Under the pieces are notes generated by a model. It was given only the letters and a program-made list of their open reading frames with translations. It did no database searches and was not told the DNA's origin. The position numbers were made by a program, and so were the translations under genes. Of a stretch of DNA of 60,982 bases, positions 58,821-60,982 are shown piece after piece (the first letter of the stretch is position 1; each line of letters opens with the position of its first letter). Location of the stretch: the IMG/VR virus record IMGVR_UViG_3300027749_003742, positions 1-60,982 of that record; one strand, 5' to 3'. Origin of the DNA: a virus. Taxonomy: Duplodnaviria > Caudoviricetes.

Positions 58821-59062
58821 AATAAAAATAATTTCTCCAAAAAGGTTTGGTGGATTCAGAAAAGTTTAGTACTTTTGTAATGTGAGAATGGGGGACACGG
58901 TCGGTGAGAAGTTGGTGACCTGTCCCCCGACAAAAGAGTTAAAAGTTCATTGAAAAGAATATCTGTGGTGGGTAAAAAACGGTAAACTCGTAAAGTGCAT
59001 TTACTTGTTGATATGAAATGGTGAAACGAGGGTCCATATCAACTACACACCATAAAAATATT

Positions 59063-59238
59063 GAGAGAGTGGCGGAAAATAAAGACGCTTAAGCCGTCGC
59101 ACAATATCGGGGATTTTGGTTTAACAACCAAATATACGTGATGTAACCCGAGGCTGAGGTCATTCGAGTTAGGTTTTTACCTAATTCCAACCTGTAAAAA
59201 GGTGGTAGACAATGTGGGTGAAACCCCCACCTCTTTCG
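59063..59238 (+). ncRNA. tRNA-scaffold RNA 3 with multibranched insert of about 125 nt
   Basis: GAGAGAG/CTCTTTC acceptor; TGGCGGAA..AGACGC D arm; GTGGG-TGAAACC-CCCAC T arm. Confidence 0.6.
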
Positions 59239-59400
59239 CCTTATTGATAATGGTTTTCCCCATTCAACGGATGTCGACAATCCAGAATGGAATCGGAATT
59301 CATCACCCCCTGAAAAGGACAGTGCCGAGGCCTCGTAAAACTACGATTAAGCACTTAAGATTGGAGCGAGACGGGTACTCCATCATTATCATAATATTAT

Positions 59401-59472
59401 GTTGCCATCGTCTAACGGTTAGGACCTATGGTTTTCATCCATAAAATCGGAGTTCGATTCTCCGTGGCAATA
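59401..59472 (+). tRNA. tRNA-Glu(UUC)
   Basis: TATGG-TTTTCAT-CCATA. Confidence 0.92.
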
Positions 59473-59747
59473 CAAACGAGTAAGAGATATTCGTAGGGTT
59501 TTTAAGTATCCCTCAAAACTTGACGGAGTTGGTACCATTACGTTACAGGGTACTCGTTGGGAATAAGGAAGGAAGGTTCTCCTCTCCCCCAAGTAAGAAC
59601 TGACTTTTAAGTGATAGGACACGTTGGGTTTTCAAATAGAGAAACTATAAATATCCACTCACCACAATCTCAGGTGGGGTCCCAACCAAGGGCAATGCGG
59701 GTTCATACCTGCGGAGCAAGGTGACGGTCAGGAAAGACTGACAAAGT

Positions 59748-59828
59748 AACCAAGTAATACGTAATGGCAAAACGGTTATGTCACCCTTTATGGTTGTATC
59801 GTTGTAGGTTCGAGTCCTATCTTGGTTG
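59748..59828 (+). ncRNA. tRNA-like RNA 4
   Basis: AACCAAG/CTTGGTT acceptor, canonical T arm, long irregular stem in place of D/anticodon arms. Confidence 0.55.
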
Positions 59829-60045
59829 CTCGTTTCGGTTAGTTTACCGAATAGTATGTCCAATACGATGTGAAACGGGTTTAACTCCGTATGGAAACGT
59901 ACATAAGCGTATAGGGAGAACGCTTGGGTAAGTCAACCCGACCTCGTGAGGACGAACTGACTATTCCTAACCTGTAGTGGGGACAACCATAATACCTGTA
60001 AGCTGGATAAATAAGGGTATTTTTAACTTTTAAATAAATTGTAAA

Positions 60046-60192
60046 ATGGAAGAATGGAATCGTAATGAATGGCAAGGAAAAAGAAAAGACCAAGTCATGT
60101 ATACAAGAACAGTTTCGATTATTGGCGTGATATCAATTATTGTGATTTTATTGATATTTGGAATTTGTCAACTTTGTGGTATAAAGTTATAA
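60046..60192 (+). CDS. Small membrane protein (not in ORF track)
   Basis: MEEWNRNEWQGKRKDQV followed by a TM helix. Confidence 0.6.
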   Translation: MEEWNRNEWQGKRKDQVMYTRTVSIIGVISIIVILLIFGICQLCGIKL

Positions 60193-60196
60193 TCAC

Positions 60197-60279
60197 GCTC
60201 GGGTGTTGAAATTGGTAAACAAGACGGTCTTAAACACCGTTGGGAAAATCCCTTGAGGGTTCAAGTCCCTCCCCGAGTA
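60197..60279 (+). tRNA. tRNA-Leu(UAA)
   Basis: ACGGT-CTTAAAC-ACCGT; variable arm. Confidence 0.92.
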
Positions 60280-60469
60280 CTAAAATAAAACGACAGAAGT
60301 CCGACTTGCACGGATGAAAGGAACTTTGACTTCATGGGAGTTGCTACCCAACCGAAGAGAAATAAATGACTCAAGGTACTCTGTTTAGGACCCTGCTCTA
60401 CGTGGCCACGTAACAGGTGATGGGGAACAAACCATCAGTAAAATCCGTAAAAACGTTTTATTTTTTTAT

Positions 60470-60541
60470 TGGGAGTTCAGTTAATGGTTAGGCTATGAAT
60501 CTTATACATTCATAAAATGAGTTCGATTCTCATACTCCCAA
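60470..60541 (+). tRNA. tRNA-Ile(UAU)
   Basis: TGAAT-CTTATAC-ATTCA; A73. Confidence 0.88.
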
Positions 60542-60676
60542 CTATAAGTTCTTTGGAAATGGTGTACTTAGAATATTTTTTTATCTGTGTCTACCTTTTT
60601 TTCCACTGCCGCTTCAAATTTACACAGCACTAACACGCATAGCATATACAACTTGTTATGCACAGTACGGAAAATT

Positions 60677-60904
60677 ATGACACCAAAAGAAAAAGCGTTA
60701 GAATTAATCGAAAAATTCAAAATTAATGATTATGATTGGATAGCACAAGGGAATCTCTATTGTATTAAGCAACATGCTTTAGTTACAGTTGACGAAATTT
60801 TGAATACGATATTCAATGAAGATTTTTCTGGTCATCTTCTTGATGAAATCGGAGCGTCAGATTATTGGAATGAAGTAAAAAGTGAAATCGAAGCACTAAA
60901 GTAG
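60677..60904 (+). CDS. Hypothetical protein inside integron-like cassette
   Basis: MTPKEKALEL..VDEIL..YWNEVKSEIE. Confidence 0.7.
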   Translation: MTPKEKALELIEKFKINDYDWIAQGNLYCIKQHALVTVDEILNTIFNEDFSGHLLDEIGASDYWNEVKSEIEALK

Positions 60905-60910
60905 TATTGT

Positions 60911-60964
60911 GCATAACGTCTGATGATAAACAATCGTTTTAATGTTGTTTATCATTTGTTAGGT
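60911..60964 (+). mobile_element. attC-like site
   Basis: GCATAAC..ATGATAAACAA/TTGTTTATCAT..GTTAGGT. Confidence 0.6.
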
Positions 60965-60982
60965 TTAGTTAAATTATTGTTT

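Noticed and set aside
52820-60093. ORF-track entries overlapping tRNAs/ncRNAs (e.g. 52820, 53040, 53124, 54931, 55131, 55322, 58525, 59089, 59202, 59419, 59645, 59881)
   Set aside because: Shadow ORFs of GC-richer RNA genes with atypical composition
60291-60312. RNase P RNA (ACAGAA..CGACTT resembles the P4 3' strand)
   Set aside because: No matching GAGGAAAGTCC 5' strand found
1-60982. Bacterial chromosome origin (dnaK, thyA, guaC, tRNAs)
   Set aside because: No bacterial operon context (no grpE/dnaJ, folA or rRNA); mostly short orphan ORFs, lysins, homing endonucleases and atypical tRNAs, typical of large phages

Overview
AT-rich, densely packed segment of a large (jumbo-type) tailed dsDNA phage, most likely infecting a Bacteroidota host (many TTTG-N19/20-TAnnTTTG promoters, no Shine-Dalgarno signals). 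Standard genetic code; TAG is used as a stop. Bases 1-48.6 kb are an accessory region with two interleaved gene classes. One class sits behind host-type promoters, often near-leaderless. The other sits behind a TATTTAT motif and often shares an N-terminal (I/L)xE-rich leader resembling head-packaging propeptides. Recognisable genes: sugar acetyl-, amino-, glycosyl- and methyltransferases, NucA-like nuclease, thyA, an Acb1-like 2H phosphoesterase, SLT and GH19 muralytic enzymes, FKBP PPIase, metallophosphoesterase, an ART-like protein, dnaK, PPK2, a P-loop kinase split in its Walker A, GMP reductase, and several HNH/GIY-YIG endonucleases. Bases 48.6-61 kb hold about 24 tRNA genes (all amino acids except Thr), four tRNA-scaffold RNAs whose anticodon arm is replaced, many unassigned structured RNAs, and integron-like cassettes. 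Top finding: each of the two main tRNA operons is preceded by a short leader peptide, an antiterminator/terminator pair and a boxA-like site, and the leader codons match the tRNAs of its own operon. This looks like a ribosome-stalling attenuator that senses depletion of many host tRNAs and switches on phage replacements. All calls are by eye; no database searches or folding programs were run.
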